Origin: Candidatus Moraniibacteriota bacterium
Lineage (GTDB): Bacteria > Patescibacteriota > Minisyncoccia > Moranbacterales > GCA-2747515
Assembly: GCA_046116545.1 (NCBI GenBank)
Contig: CP175956.1
Coordinates: forward strand, 160,276-224,275
Length of the DNA stretch: 64,000 bases
Reading direction: 5' to 3'
Both the position numbers and the translations under genes were made by a program. The notes below the pieces were generated by a model. It did not search any database, had not been told where the DNA came from, and saw only the letters and a program-made list of their open reading frames with translations. Shown here one piece after another: positions 10,866 to 21,594 of the stretch. The stretch's first letter is position 1. Every line of letters begins with the position of its first letter.

Positions 10866-11471
10866 TTACTCTAAAATTCCATCCAAATTAACATCATATT
10901 GAATTTGTTCGCCTATCAAACGATAATCAATTAATTCACTTTTATCAAACCAAATTTTCGTCTCCCTTTCAGCTTCTTCTGGACAATCACTGCAATGGAT
11001 TAAGTTTCGTACTGCTCTTTCATCAACACCAGCTAAGTCATATGAATCGACTGTATAATCACCACGCACTGTTCCGACATCTGATGATAAAGGCTCTGTA
11101 GCTCCAACTAGCTTCGTCACAACTCCAACAGCCTTGTTACCTTCCAACACCATTGCAAGTACCGGACCAGATGTCATGAATGTCACTAATTGTTTTATAA
11201 TATCCTTTCCATAATCAATTTCATCCTTTTCAACTGGCACACCCGCCTCTTTACGAGCACTGGCAATATTTGCACCTTTTTCCAAAAACCAATCATCTGT
11301 TTTATTATAATGAGTCCAACATTGTTCTTCAGTGGGTACTAAAAATTTAAATCCTACAAATTTTAACCCAGTTCTCTCAAATCGTCCAACAATATCACCA
11401 ATCAATGCTCGTTGTACTCCATCAGGTTTAATTATTACAAAAGTTCTCTCTCTTCTTGATGTTTTGTCCAT
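10866..11471 (-). CDS. ndk: Nucleoside diphosphate kinase (long form)
   Basis: ERTFVIIKPDGVQR, GTVRGD, RNLIHCSD. Confidence 0.95.
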   Translation of the reverse strand: MDKTSRRERTFVIIKPDGVQRALIGDIVGRFERTGLKFVGFKFLVPTEEQCWTHYNKTDDWFLEKGANIASARKEAGVPVEKDEIDYGKDIIKQLVTFMTSGPVLAMVLEGNKAVGVVTKLVGATEPLSSDVGTVRGDYTVDSYDLAGVDERAVRNLIHCSDCPEEAERETKIWFDKSELIDYRLIGEQIQYDVNLDGILE

Positions 11472-11558
11472 ATGATTATTTATAATTATTTATAAAACAT
11501 TACAAAAAATTATAACATCAAAAATGCAACCTGTAAATAACTATTTTTCATACTTTAT

Positions 11559-12407
11559 TTATCTTACACTTATAGTGCAATCGTCATTGCAAATGTAAAC
11601 AATGTCACCTAATTTATCTGTGCGAAATATATGTGCACTAACATCTAATATCCTATTCAATACATCTTCATGTGGATGTCCATATCTATTTTCCCTTCCT
11701 GCTGATATTATTACATCTCTAGGATTAACTTTTTCCAAAAATGTTTCACTTGTGGATGATGCTGAACCATGATGACTAGCTTTGAGCACTGTAATTGTAT
11801 CGTCTATTGGCAAAATATCCTCAATATCACTTGATAAATCACCCCCTAAATAGAAAAATTCATCACTGATTTGTAAAATTAATGCAATACTCACATTATT
11901 TATGTCCTCAACATCTCCAACTCTTTCATTAAATGGATAGATTACACTCAGATTAACCCCTTCCATACTCATACCCAGCCCATTAAAAGCAGTTATATCT
12001 TTTAATTCTTTTTCTTTTTTTGCACTTTGAAATAATTTTGTACTTATAGATGTATCTTTACTTGCTTCAGTATGCCAAAATTGATCTACAGAATAATTTT
12101 CGAATATACTTATGAGTCCATCTATATGGTCACCATCAGGATGAGTTGCAATTACTATTTCAATATTTTTATCCCAAAATGGAATATATTTACCCAATCG
12201 CTCCATGAGAACTGTTCCATCTGGGCCACCATCAATTAAAATTTGTTGTGAACCTTTTGATATTAAAATTGCATCACCCTGTCCCACATCTAGAAATGCT
12301 ACAATTACTTCATCTTTATTATACATTTGGTAAATAATCATTCCACATATTATTCCGACAACTATAGCGGCAATCATAACTATGTATATTATTCTTCTAT
12401 GTTTCAT
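11559..12407 (-). CDS. ComEC-type metallo-beta-lactamase domain protein
   Basis: FLDVGQGDA, THPDGDHIDG, HHGS, NRYGHPH. Confidence 0.92.
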   Translation of the reverse strand: MKHRRIIYIVMIAAIVVGIICGMIIYQMYNKDEVIVAFLDVGQGDAILISKGSQQILIDGGPDGTVLMERLGKYIPFWDKNIEIVIATHPDGDHIDGLISIFENYSVDQFWHTEASKDTSISTKLFQSAKKEKELKDITAFNGLGMSMEGVNLSVIYPFNERVGDVEDINNVSIALILQISDEFFYLGGDLSSDIEDILPIDDTITVLKASHHGSASSTSETFLEKVNPRDVIISAGRENRYGHPHEDVLNRILDVSAHIFRTDKLGDIVYICNDDCTISVR

Positions 12408-13845
12408 ATAATATTTTTTTATTTACAAAATAAACAATACTTACAACTATCACATAATAAATTATAAACCACATTATGTTAACATCTTCCACAGCAATAC
12501 TGCTCCACGAAATTTTTGATAAAATATCTATTATAAATATTTCATAAGAAAGTAAAAAATACGCCATCCAACCAAACATCAATGCTATTGGATAAAAAAC
12601 AAAGCTACTTACTACAGTCATAAATACAAGCAGCATTGTCACTGGTATTATGGGCAATATCAAAATATTTGCCAATAACGAAACTACTGATATTGTGTGA
12701 AAATTATATGCAATAATTGGTAGTACAAGTATTTGAGCACTTACAGTCAATAATAATATATCCACAATTCCAAATGCTTTATTTTTAGAAACAAAATATT
12801 TTTCTAATATTGGATATACAGCAACTATTCCAAGTGTTGCTAAAAATGATAATTGAAACCCAACATCATACCTAAGTAGCAAAGGATTAAATGCTATCAT
12901 AATAGCCCCCGTGAAAAATATTGCTCCATATGCATGAGATACTCTTCCATATGATGCCGCTATCAAAATCATTGAACCCATGATAGCTGCTCGTACACCC
13001 GAAGATGGAAATCCTATAAGTGCCACAAAAAATATAACTGCTAGTATTGCAAATATCACAGAATGCCGTCTGTTTACTCCCATGAAAATAACGATTCCCA
13101 TAACAACTGCGACAATGACTGATACATTGTATCCAGATACCGCAACTATGTGAGTCATGCCTGTTGTTGAGAAATTATTTTGTAATTCATCAGATAGTCT
13201 ATCATCACCTCCAAAAAGAAGCCCATTTGCCAATGCTGCCTGAGGAGATGGAATTATATTATTCACAATACTTTCCATTTTATTTCTAAATACTGCCAAT
13301 CTACTCAAGATACTTTGTTCAAATCCTATGGTTTCGTATTCAAAATCATCACAAATATATTCAACTCCGTTCATAAATAAATATTTTTGATAATCAAAGT
13401 CATTATATTGCTCTGGTAATCCTGTTATGCATTTTAAATTCACAAGACTTCCCCATTTCAAATCTGTATACTTTTCATCTTTTATTAAAACAGTATTACC
13501 CTCAATATACGTCAATACAACATCAGATTTCCAACCTTTTTGTACAACATCTTTTTTGACTATAGCAACACCAAACAGTTTTTCTCCAACATTATTTTTT
13601 ACATTATCAATTTCGCTTAAAACTTCGTTCATTGTAACCATGCCCATGACCAAAAATAATACAGAAAGAACGAGACACCAAACCCACTCTTTTTTATAAA
13701 AAACAAAAATTAATATAATAATAAAAGTGCTAATAACAAAAATAGATGTATCTATAGATACATCCAAAAAAGAAAATAACCCTATCCCACAAATAAATCC
13801 CACAGATCCCCACAACACAAATTTTGATATGTGAGATAAGGACAT
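12397..13845 (-). CDS. comEC: ComEC/Rec2 family competence membrane protein
   Basis: GMTHIVAVSGYNV, RAAIMG, GFQLSFLAT. Confidence 0.93.
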   Translation of the reverse strand: MSLSHISKFVLWGSVGFICGIGLFSFLDVSIDTSIFVISTFIIILIFVFYKKEWVWCLVLSVLFLVMGMVTMNEVLSEIDNVKNNVGEKLFGVAIVKKDVVQKGWKSDVVLTYIEGNTVLIKDEKYTDLKWGSLVNLKCITGLPEQYNDFDYQKYLFMNGVEYICDDFEYETIGFEQSILSRLAVFRNKMESIVNNIIPSPQAALANGLLFGGDDRLSDELQNNFSTTGMTHIVAVSGYNVSVIVAVVMGIVIFMGVNRRHSVIFAILAVIFFVALIGFPSSGVRAAIMGSMILIAASYGRVSHAYGAIFFTGAIMIAFNPLLLRYDVGFQLSFLATLGIVAVYPILEKYFVSKNKAFGIVDILLLTVSAQILVLPIIAYNFHTISVVSLLANILILPIIPVTMLLVFMTVVSSFVFYPIALMFGWMAYFLLSYEIFIIDILSKISWSSIAVEDVNIMWFIIYYVIVVSIVYFVNKKILYET

Positions 13846-13872
13846 TATTTACCTAATTAAAAATTAGTAAGT

Positions 13873-14091
13873 TTACATTATTTCAATGATTTTATTTTTA
13901 CTTTTTTGTCCTTTTAGTATTTTTATATTAGATTTGGGTACTTTGAAATAATCAGCTAAAAGTTTTAAAATTGCTTTATTTGCTTTCCCATCAACTGGGA
14001 TAATTGTTGTACGTATTCTATAACTATTATCACTACATTTTTGGACAATATTTTTATGCGCCCTTGTAACTACTCGTACACTTATCTTCAT
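13873..14091 (-). CDS. DUF167/YggU family protein
   Basis: PVDGKANKAILKLLADYFKVPKSNIKILKGQKSKNK. Confidence 0.88.
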   Translation of the reverse strand: MKISVRVVTRAHKNIVQKCSDNSYRIRTTIIPVDGKANKAILKLLADYFKVPKSNIKILKGQKSKNKIIEIM

Positions 14092-14116
14092 GATATACTA
14101 TCCAATCTTTTATCGA

Positions 14117-14572
14117 TTAATCCTCCATTATCTCTTGAATAACTTTTCGAAAACTGTCCACAGAACCAACAGACTTATACACACTTGCAAATCGTATAAA
14201 TGCAACATCATCTACATCTCGCAACTTATTCATAATAATTTTACCTATTGCACGACTCTTCATTTCCCTCTTTTCTTTTGATTGAATTTCATATTCGATT
14301 TCTGAAATCAACTTTTCAATCTGTTCTTCCTTAACAGGCCGTTTTTTCAATGCCCTTCTAAGACCACTTTCAACTTTTTCTCTATTGTACTCTTCTTTTG
14401 TTCCATCACGCTTAACTACAGTTAACCTTAATAATTCGATTTCTTCATAAGTAGTAAATCTTTCACTACACTTTAAACATTCACGTCTACGACGAACAGC
14501 ACGACCTTTTTTTATACTTCTAGAATCAACAACTTTAGTTTGTTGAGGTTTTTTGCAAAATGGACATTTCAT
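14117..14572 (-). CDS. nrdR: Transcriptional repressor NrdR
   Basis: MKCPFC, VVDSR, RRRRECLKC, RFTTYE, ATP cone, RFASVY. Confidence 0.97.
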   Translation of the reverse strand: MKCPFCKKPQQTKVVDSRSIKKGRAVRRRRECLKCSERFTTYEEIELLRLTVVKRDGTKEEYNREKVESGLRRALKKRPVKEEQIEKLISEIEYEIQSKEKREMKSRAIGKIIMNKLRDVDDVAFIRFASVYKSVGSVDSFRKVIQEIMED

Positions 14573-14694
14573 AAACCAATACTCAGTAATTAATAACTAA
14601 AATTATACAACAACACTGTGTCAAAACAAAATATATGTACTATCTATTATATAAAAATAATTAATATTTAAAATGTTTATCACATTATTTATGT

Positions 14695-14730
14695 AAAAAA
14701 CCTCACGACAATATGTTGTCGTGAGGTTTT
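14695..14730 (-). terminator. Intrinsic terminator after orphan 14760-14969
   Basis: aaaacctcacgacaa-tatg-ttgtcgtgaggtttt with T-run on the minus strand. Confidence 0.8.
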
Positions 14731-14759
14731 GGTGCCTAGAGGAGGTTGATCTCTGCAGA

Positions 14760-14969
14760 TTAGACTCCTTTTTCGAGTTTAAAGGCTTTGAAAAATCTTT
14801 TACCGGCTGCAGTACGACGTTCTCGCACTTGGGCAAGATTTTTTGGTCTCCAAAGCGTGCCAGTAGTGTCACCATCTTTTGTTGGGTAGGTATCATGACA
14901 TGAGACAAGGATTGGGCATAAATTAATGCAAACTAGATTATCTAGTTGTAAGTCTGTATCTTGTGACAT
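14760..14969 (-). CDS. Small hypothetical protein (69 aa)
   Basis: AAGGAG SD upstream, TTGACT-N16-TATTAT promoter near 15015-15042, own terminator. Confidence 0.65.
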   Translation of the reverse strand: MSQDTDLQLDNLVCINLCPILVSCHDTYPTKDGDTTGTLWRPKNLAQVRERRTAAGKRFFKAFKLEKGV

Positions 14970-15135
14970 TTCTTCTCTCCTTGTTTTTTAAAGCGTTAAT
15001 ATTGGATACTGTTAAAATAATACAATACTAATAAAAAGTCAAAGTATAAAAATAAAGTCATACATTGACAAGTGTACAAAAAGATGTAAACTAAATTCAT
15101 TATAAAAGTTGGTTCATTTAAAAAAGGAGATTTAC

Positions 15136-15768
15136 ATGTCTCATTCAATTGGAACAAATGCTATTGCAATAAGTTGTGTTGATGATTTGAATTCACTACG
15201 AAAAATCATCATGCCAGATGCACCTAAAGTTTCTTGGAATTATTGGGAAACAATTATGCGCTCAGGTGGTAAAATTATAACCTGCTTCAATGACAATACT
15301 AATCAAGTTGTTGGAATGTTGATTTTGATGCCTGACAAAAACTTGTCGGATATTCACATATGCGAAACATCCACATTAGAGCCAGGTCCAAATCCCATAT
15401 ATACAGCTTTAATTAGTGAGGCTTACCGAGAAATTAAAAAATCTGGACTTACTCTAATATTAAAGTATATCCAAAAGCATAATCCTGTGCATGATAATGC
15501 TATCATAGTTAAAAATGAATGCTGTTTACGAATCCTCGGCCAAGATTTTGAATCAATTTCTGATATTTCTGAGGCTGAAGATTTGGTTGTCGTAGTGGAG
15601 AGTTATTTTGAAAGACTCATCAAATCAATACAGATTGATTCTGTAGAGTTAGATACATTCGTTCAGATGATCGAAAAAACACTCACAGAACAAACTGCTT
15701 TCATCTACAACTTTCGAAAATGTGTTTACGGTCTCAATGACTTAACAATTATAACTAATAACCGTTAG
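15136..15768 (+). CDS. Hypothetical protein, possibly degenerate GNAT fold
   Basis: AAGGAG SD before ATG 15136, TTGACA at 15065; VVGMLIL..IHICE..IYTALISEA pattern loosely GNAT-like. Confidence 0.6.
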   Translation: MSHSIGTNAIAISCVDDLNSLRKIIMPDAPKVSWNYWETIMRSGGKIITCFNDNTNQVVGMLILMPDKNLSDIHICETSTLEPGPNPIYTALISEAYREIKKSGLTLILKYIQKHNPVHDNAIIVKNECCLRILGQDFESISDISEAEDLVVVVESYFERLIKSIQIDSVELDTFVQMIEKTLTEQTAFIYNFRKCVYGLNDLTIITNNR

Positions 15769-15774
15769 TTTATA

Positions 15775-15807
15775 AAAAATGCTGTGAAATAATTTCACAG
15801 CATTTTT
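15775..15807. terminator. Bidirectional terminator
   Basis: aaaaatgctgtgaaat-a-atttcacagcattttt between convergent genes. Confidence 0.8.
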
Positions 15808-17035
15808 ATTTTATATACTTTTTATCTTTTATCTTATCGGGTAAAAACTGCTGCGTTTCATTTTCTTCTTTTGTTGACATGGGTGTATATTTATAATCCT
15901 TACCATAATCCAAATCTTTCATCATTTTTGTAGGTGCATTCCGAAGGTGTAGTGGTACTGGTAAATTTCCCAAATCATTTACATCATCAAGTGCACTTTT
16001 ATATCCTTCATAAACTGAAATACTTTTTTTACTTTTGGCCATATATACAACAGCTTGAGCAAGATTCACACCACATTCAGGCATACCTATAAATCTGCAT
16101 GCATCATACGCTGCAACTGCCTGAGGTAATGCAAATGAATTTGCAAGTCCTATGTCTTCTGATGCAAATCTTACAATTCTTCTAGCTAAATATAATGGGT
16201 CTTCGCCACCTTTAAGCATTCTAGCTAAATAATAAATACTTGCATCCGCATCTCCTCCACGCATAGACTTATGTAGCGCTGAAATTAAATTATAATGTTC
16301 CTCCCCATTTTTATCATATAATAGATTTGAATTTTGAAGAGCTTGTTCTATATGTTTCTTTAACACTGTACAACTATCTTCTTCATTTTCTGAATTAGCA
16401 AATTCAACTGCAACTTCTAATGCATTTAGTGCCGTCCTCGCATCACCATTTGACATCAGCGCTAAATATTCTTTGACATTTTTCTTTATCTTTATTTTTT
16501 GAACTCCTAAATTTTCTTGTGAGTTTTTTAGTGTATTGTCCACAATCTGTACAATGTCTCCCTTTTCAAGTGACTTCAACACAAAAACTCTAGCACGAGA
16601 CAATAATGCACTATTCACTTCAAAGCTAGGATTTTCGGTTGTTGCTCCTATAAAAATGATTGTACCATCCTCAACGCTTGGCAAAAAAGCATCTTGTTGT
16701 GCTTTGTTAAATCTATGAACCTCATCTATGAATAATATTGACCTTGTTCCAAGTCTTGCATAGCTTTCAGCATCTGCAATAGCCGCTCGCACATCTTTCA
16801 CGCCAGCATTAATAGCTGACAACTGTACAAAGTGAGCAGATGTTTCACTAGCAATAATTCTTGCCAATGTGGTCTTACCAGTACCAGGAGGTCCCCACAA
16901 AATCATAGATGATATTTTATCATTATCAATCATTGTACGTAAAATTTGACCATCTCCGATGAGCTGCTCTTGACCATAAAAATCTGAAATTGTCTGAGGA
17001 CGCACACGTTCTGCAAGTGGTTTATTTATATTCAT
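15806..17035 (-). CDS. rarA: Replication-associated recombination protein A (RarA/MgsA AAA+ ATPase)
   Basis: [46 protein letters not shown]. Confidence 0.96.
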   Translation of the reverse strand: MNINKPLAERVRPQTISDFYGQEQLIGDGQILRTMIDNDKISSMILWGPPGTGKTTLARIIASETSAHFVQLSAINAGVKDVRAAIADAESYARLGTRSILFIDEVHRFNKAQQDAFLPSVEDGTIIFIGATTENPSFEVNSALLSRARVFVLKSLEKGDIVQIVDNTLKNSQENLGVQKIKIKKNVKEYLALMSNGDARTALNALEVAVEFANSENEEDSCTVLKKHIEQALQNSNLLYDKNGEEHYNLISALHKSMRGGDADASIYYLARMLKGGEDPLYLARRIVRFASEDIGLANSFALPQAVAAYDACRFIGMPECGVNLAQAVVYMAKSKKSISVYEGYKSALDDVNDLGNLPVPLHLRNAPTKMMKDLDYGKDYKYTPMSTKEENETQQFLPDKIKDKKYIK

Positions 17036-17123
17036 ATATATCATTATTGCAAATGAATCTACAATTTGCAATAAGCTCCTTAACCTTTCAACTTTTCAAG
17101 TTTTAGATTATACTAAAGTTATT

Positions 17124-18614
17124 ATGAAACAGACTGAAATTACAATTGATGAAGTTATAAAATCATTCAAAAATCCACCAAATCATGATGGTGAAAAACT
17201 TGTACGTAATGCTTTTGAATTTGCACATAAAGCTCATGGAGATCAGAAACGAGCTAGTGGTATGCCCTACATTCATCACCCATTATCAACTGCAAAAATA
17301 TTAGCAACAATCGGGATGGATGCCCGCACAGTTGCAGCAGGTCTTTTGCATGATGTTCCAGAGGATACTTCAGAAACATTATCTACTATTTCCAAAAAGT
17401 TTGGACCAGATATCTCTCAAATGGTAGAAGGTATAACTAAACTTGGTCGCATCAAATTGCGTGGCACAAAAGAAGAACATAAACTTGAAAATTGGAGAAG
17501 AATGTTTCTTGCTATGGGTGCTGATATTCGAACTGTTATCATCAAACTTGCTGATAGATTGCACAATATGCAAACACTAGAGCATTTGCGTCCAGATAAA
17601 AGAATTCGAATTGCGAATGAAACAATGGAAATATATGTACCTATTGCAAACAGATTAGGAATTGGAGAGATTCGTAGTGAACTTGCTGACTTGTCTTTTA
17701 TGTATTTGCAACCAGAGGAATATAAAAAAGCTAAACTCCTTAGCGAAGAAAAATTAAAAGAAAAAGAATTATATGTCGATAAGGCCATTATTGAAATAGA
17801 GCAATCACTCAAGAATGAAGGAATTCATGCCAAAGATATTCATGGTAGAGCTAAAAATATCCAGAGTCTTCATATGAAATTACAAAAACATGATATGGAT
17901 ATAAATAGAGTTTTTGATTTAATTGCTGTGCGAGTAATTGTCAAAGATGTTGCAGAATGCTATGAGACTCTTGGAATCGTACATAAAAAATACCGTCCAA
18001 TGATAGGACGTATCAAAGATTATATTTCACTACCAAAACCAAATGGATACCAATCAATACACACTACAGTATTCGGACCAGATGGTCGAGTTATGGAAAT
18101 ACAAATAAGAACACAGAAAATGCATGATGAAGCTGAGTTTGGAATTGCAGCTCATTGGCTATATGAAACAAAGAAGAAAAAAGGTTGGCGAAGTTACTTC
18201 CTGCCAAAAGAAACTGAAGTTGATAAAAAAGAAGTTGAGTGGGTTAAACAACTACAAGAATGGCAAGAAGACCTTGGTAATAATCCAGAAGAGTTTATGG
18301 AAGGTCTTAAGGTAGATTTCTTAAAAAATCATATCTTTGCATTTACTCCACTTGGAGATATTATAGAACTACCTGAAGGAGCTAGCGTCATTGATTTCGC
18401 ATATGCGATTCACACTGATGTTGGTCATACAGCAACTGGAGCAAAGATAGATGGTAAAATGTCCTCACTTGATTCTGTTGTGAGAAATGGACAAATTATA
18501 GAAATAATAAAAGATAAAAATAGACCTTCCCCAAATGCAGACTGGCTCAATTTTGTAAAAACTTCTCATGCAAAAAGCGCTATACGACGAGCTGTAAATA
18601 AAGAAAATACATAA
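17124..18614 (+). CDS. relA: RelA/SpoT (p)ppGpp synthetase/hydrolase (HD-SYNTH-TGS, no ACT)
   Basis: LLHDVPED, KLADRLHNM, PKPNGYQSIHT, EIQIRT, DFAYAIHTDVG. Confidence 0.93.
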   Translation: MKQTEITIDEVIKSFKNPPNHDGEKLVRNAFEFAHKAHGDQKRASGMPYIHHPLSTAKILATIGMDARTVAAGLLHDVPEDTSETLSTISKKFGPDISQMVEGITKLGRIKLRGTKEEHKLENWRRMFLAMGADIRTVIIKLADRLHNMQTLEHLRPDKRIRIANETMEIYVPIANRLGIGEIRSELADLSFMYLQPEEYKKAKLLSEEKLKEKELYVDKAIIEIEQSLKNEGIHAKDIHGRAKNIQSLHMKLQKHDMDINRVFDLIAVRVIVKDVAECYETLGIVHKKYRPMIGRIKDYISLPKPNGYQSIHTTVFGPDGRVMEIQIRTQKMHDEAEFGIAAHWLYETKKKKGWRSYFLPKETEVDKKEVEWVKQLQEWQEDLGNNPEEFMEGLKVDFLKNHIFAFTPLGDIIELPEGASVIDFAYAIHTDVGHTATGAKIDGKMSSLDSVVRNGQIIEIIKDKNRPSPNADWLNFVKTSHAKSAIRRAVNKENT

Positions 18615-18648
18615 AAAAATAACACATCATGAGACGTGTTATTTTTTT
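18613..18648. terminator. Bidirectional terminator
   Basis: aaaaaaataacacatc..gacgtgttattttttt. Confidence 0.7.
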
Positions 18649-18691
18649 ATAAATACTCTGAAGTTATTTTTGAGTTATTTGTAGATTATTT

Positions 18692-19039
18692 TTAGATTTC
18701 TTCTAATCTAATATTGACATTCACTTTTTCGTTTGGCAAATTAGTAGATTGTACAATTATTGCTTTACCGCTAACATGTCCATCAAACACCATACTTGAA
18801 ACACCTTCTTGACGCACTGTTAATAATTCTCTTTCCACCAATCCCTGATCAGTCAATGACTTTTTATAAAAATCAACTACCTCATCCATTGATAGACTGG
18901 TCTGAAAATTTATACTATCCACTGATCCTTGTTCCATGAAATTTTCTACTTTTTCTGGTAATGGAAATTGAGAGGAAACACCTCCACAACCAACAAATAT
19001 AAATAATACAACTGCTACAATTATCATTTTTTTCTTCAT
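18692..19039 (-). CDS. Putative lipoprotein
   Basis: MKKK + hydrophobic stretch + FVGC lipobox-like motif. Confidence 0.7.
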   Translation of the reverse strand: MKKKMIIVAVVLFIFVGCGGVSSQFPLPEKVENFMEQGSVDSINFQTSLSMDEVVDFYKKSLTDQGLVERELLTVRQEGVSSMVFDGHVSGKAIIVQSTNLPNEKVNVNIRLEEI

Positions 19040-19058
19040 AGTTTTTTACTTTAAATAA

Positions 19059-20081
19059 TTAACTTAATTTTAATTTAGATAATACGCCCTTCAATTCTTC
19101 TTCAGAAAAATAAGATACTGTTATATTTCCACCACTAGCACTTTCTTTCACTCTAACTTTTGTACCAAAATATCTAGTTAGCTGATCCTCCAGTCTACGT
19201 GCTTGAGGCGTCCTTTCTGTTATCCTTCTAGCTCTTTTTTCACTACTAAATCCAAGTAACTTATTTTCAGCTTGTCTAACTGTTAAATTTTCGTCTGTTA
19301 TCAATTTATATAATGCTAGTTGTTTTTGTGGATTACTCATGCTCATTATAACCTTTGCATGACCCTCTGTAATCTTACTAGTCATTAGTCCTTTTTGAAT
19401 TTCAATTGGAAGTGATACGAGTCTCATACGATTTGCAACAGCTGAACGACTCTTTCCAGTTCTTACCGCTATTTCTTCTTGTGATAAATCAAATTCTTCA
19501 GCTAATTTTTTATATGATTTTGCTTCCTCTATTAAATTAAGATCGTGTCTCTGTACATTTTCTATAAGAGCTAGCTCCAATTTTTTCTGTTCACTAAAGT
19601 CTTCTCCTCTTTTCACAACCACTGGAACATTCTTAAGTCCAGCTTTTTTTGATGCTCTCAACCTCCTCTCACCAGCAATTAATTCGTAATGATCTCCTTT
19701 ATGAATTGCTATTAGTGGTTGCAGAATTCCATGCGTTTTTATAGAACTTGTTAACTCATCTAGCTTATCATCATCAAAATATATACGAGGCTGTTGTGAA
19801 TTAGCTCGCACCATACCAATCGCCACATCTTCAACAAAATCCCTATCTATTTTCTCCACATCTATATCATCACTAACAACCTTTTGCTCTTGGCTTTTTT
19901 CTTGAACCTTTTTGTCAACACTTACTTTTACTGGCTTTTTTGTAACTATGCGTTTAGTTGCACCATGCATAATTGATTGTTTTTTTGTAACTGGCCTCAT
20001 TTTTTCTACATCATCACTACTATTATTTTTTTGTGGAATCAGTGATGAAAGACCTCGACCTAATCCATGTTCTTGTGCCAT
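19059..20081 (-). CDS. parB: ParB/Spo0J partition protein
   Basis: GLGRGLSSLI, QPR, IAGERRLRA, ENVQRHDL. Confidence 0.96.
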   Translation of the reverse strand: MAQEHGLGRGLSSLIPQKNNSSDDVEKMRPVTKKQSIMHGATKRIVTKKPVKVSVDKKVQEKSQEQKVVSDDIDVEKIDRDFVEDVAIGMVRANSQQPRIYFDDDKLDELTSSIKTHGILQPLIAIHKGDHYELIAGERRLRASKKAGLKNVPVVVKRGEDFSEQKKLELALIENVQRHDLNLIEEAKSYKKLAEEFDLSQEEIAVRTGKSRSAVANRMRLVSLPIEIQKGLMTSKITEGHAKVIMSMSNPQKQLALYKLITDENLTVRQAENKLLGFSSEKRARRITERTPQARRLEDQLTRYFGTKVRVKESASGGNITVSYFSEEELKGVLSKLKLS

Positions 20082-20096
20082 AAACTTTATTTATAA

Positions 20097-20867
20097 TTAA
20101 TTTTCATCCTCCAAAGCAATTATCTCTTTTGATAATGCCTTATATGCTCTAGCGCCTTTATTTAAATTATCAAACATTGATATTGATTTTCCATAACTTG
20201 GAGCTTCTGCAAGCCTAACACTTCTAGGTATAATACTCTCAAAAACTTTTCCAGGAAAATGTTGTCTCATTTCTCGTACAACTTGCTTTGCTAATCTATT
20301 TCTTCTATCAAAAAGAGTAATTACTGCACCCATTATATTTAATTCAGGCTGAAGATTATTTTGAACTAAATCAATGGTTTCTAATAATTGTCCAAGTCCT
20401 TCCAATGCGTAATATTCTGCTTGTACTGGTATGATAACATCATCCGAGGCTACAAGTCCATTTATTGTAAGTAACCCCAAGCTTGGTGGTGAATCAATAA
20501 TTATGTAATCATAATCAGTTCTAATCTGTCTCAAAGTATCATAAAGACGAAATTCTCTATTTTCAATATCGATTAATTCTACATTTGCACCTGCTAAATC
20601 AGCAGTTGCTGGGACTATGTGGAATCCCTCCATTTCAGTACCAAATATTGCATCCCTCAAATCACCCTTATTCATCATTGTAGAATACAAACTATGTTCT
20701 ACACTTCTAGGATCAATTCCTAATCCACTGGTAGCATTGCCCTGTGGATCCAAATCCACCAAAAGAACAAATTTACCAGCCTCAGCTAAATAGCTTGCTA
20801 CATTTACTGAAGTTGTTGTTTTACCAACGCCACCTTTTTGATTTATAAATGAAATAATTTTTGCCAT
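20097..20867 (-). CDS. parA: ParA/Soj ATPase
   Basis: NQKGGVGKTT, DLDPQGNAT, RLAEAPSYG. Confidence 0.97.
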   Translation of the reverse strand: MAKIISFINQKGGVGKTTTSVNVASYLAEAGKFVLLVDLDPQGNATSGLGIDPRSVEHSLYSTMMNKGDLRDAIFGTEMEGFHIVPATADLAGANVELIDIENREFRLYDTLRQIRTDYDYIIIDSPPSLGLLTINGLVASDDVIIPVQAEYYALEGLGQLLETIDLVQNNLQPELNIMGAVITLFDRRNRLAKQVVREMRQHFPGKVFESIIPRSVRLAEAPSYGKSISMFDNLNKGARAYKALSKEIIALEDEN

Positions 20868-20948
20868 CGTTCTATCACTTTAACTACTTACAATACTTGC
20901 TTATATAAAACAATTATACTATAATATCACGAGTACTACAAAGAATAT

Positions 20949-21032
20949 GCCTCGGTGGCGGAATTGGTAGACGCGTTGGACTCAAAATCCAATGTTCGCA
21001 AGGACGTGAGAGTTCAAGTCTCTCCCGAGGCA
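20949..21032 (+). tRNA. tRNA-Leu (CAA)
   Basis: Acceptor gcctcgg/ccgaggc, anticodon arm ttgga-ctCAAaa-tccaa, long variable arm, GTTCAA T-loop; CCA not encoded. Confidence 0.96.
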
Positions 21033-21065
21033 CACATAAAATTATAACTTAAGGAGGTATACGTT

Positions 21066-21539
21066 GTGGATATTAAAATTCGAATTGGTAAAACTCGTAT
21101 TGTTATTACTATTGGACCTTATGCCTTTAAAGTTATACGTATCCGTTTTTTTGACTTTACTTATAAGTTAATAAAACTACACTATGACAAAATTAAATTT
21201 GGAGATATTGTAGCTTATAAAACTCTACGTAGACACAGTCGAATACTATTGTTCAAAGATATGTTCATTGCATGTTTGTTAGCAAATTACCGAGAATATC
21301 AATATTGGAATAGTGCCACAATAAAAAAGGAGGATTATGTACCTACATTATTTACACTATTGTATATAATAAACGTGCAAGAGCGTGATGATGTTGCAGA
21401 TATAAATACTAAACTAATCGCACCTGCACATAATAGATGCTGTGGACGAACTAAACTATCTGATGAATTGAAATATTTAGACAATATATCAAAAACTGGT
21501 CGCATCTTGGACTATGGAAATAAACGTGTTACATCATAA
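21066..21539 (+). CDS. Hypothetical protein, possible minimal protein-kinase-like fold
   Basis: AAGGAGG SD, GTG start; GKTRIV..YAFK and D..N..GRILDYG resemble PKL motifs. Confidence 0.55.
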   Translation: MDIKIRIGKTRIVITIGPYAFKVIRIRFFDFTYKLIKLHYDKIKFGDIVAYKTLRRHSRILLFKDMFIACLLANYREYQYWNSATIKKEDYVPTLFTLLYIINVQERDDVADINTKLIAPAHNRCCGRTKLSDELKYLDNISKTGRILDYGNKRVTS

Positions 21540-21556
21540 TGTTGTAACACGTTTTT
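21522..21556 (+). terminator. Intrinsic terminator
   Basis: aaacgtgttaca..tgtaacacgttttt. Confidence 0.75.
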
Positions 21557-21594
21557 ACTATATCTGTTTTCTAACTAAATATCCTAATTCTACA

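Noticed and set aside
14621-14908. 95-aa minus-strand ORF and 60-aa plus-strand ORF overlapping 14760-14969
   Set aside because: They lack an SD and run through or beside the terminator; the 69-aa frame has the SD and fits the promoter and terminator.
20949-21560. Prophage or integrative element at tRNA-Leu or tRNA-Gln
   Set aside because: No integrase and no duplicated tRNA 3' end seen in the window.
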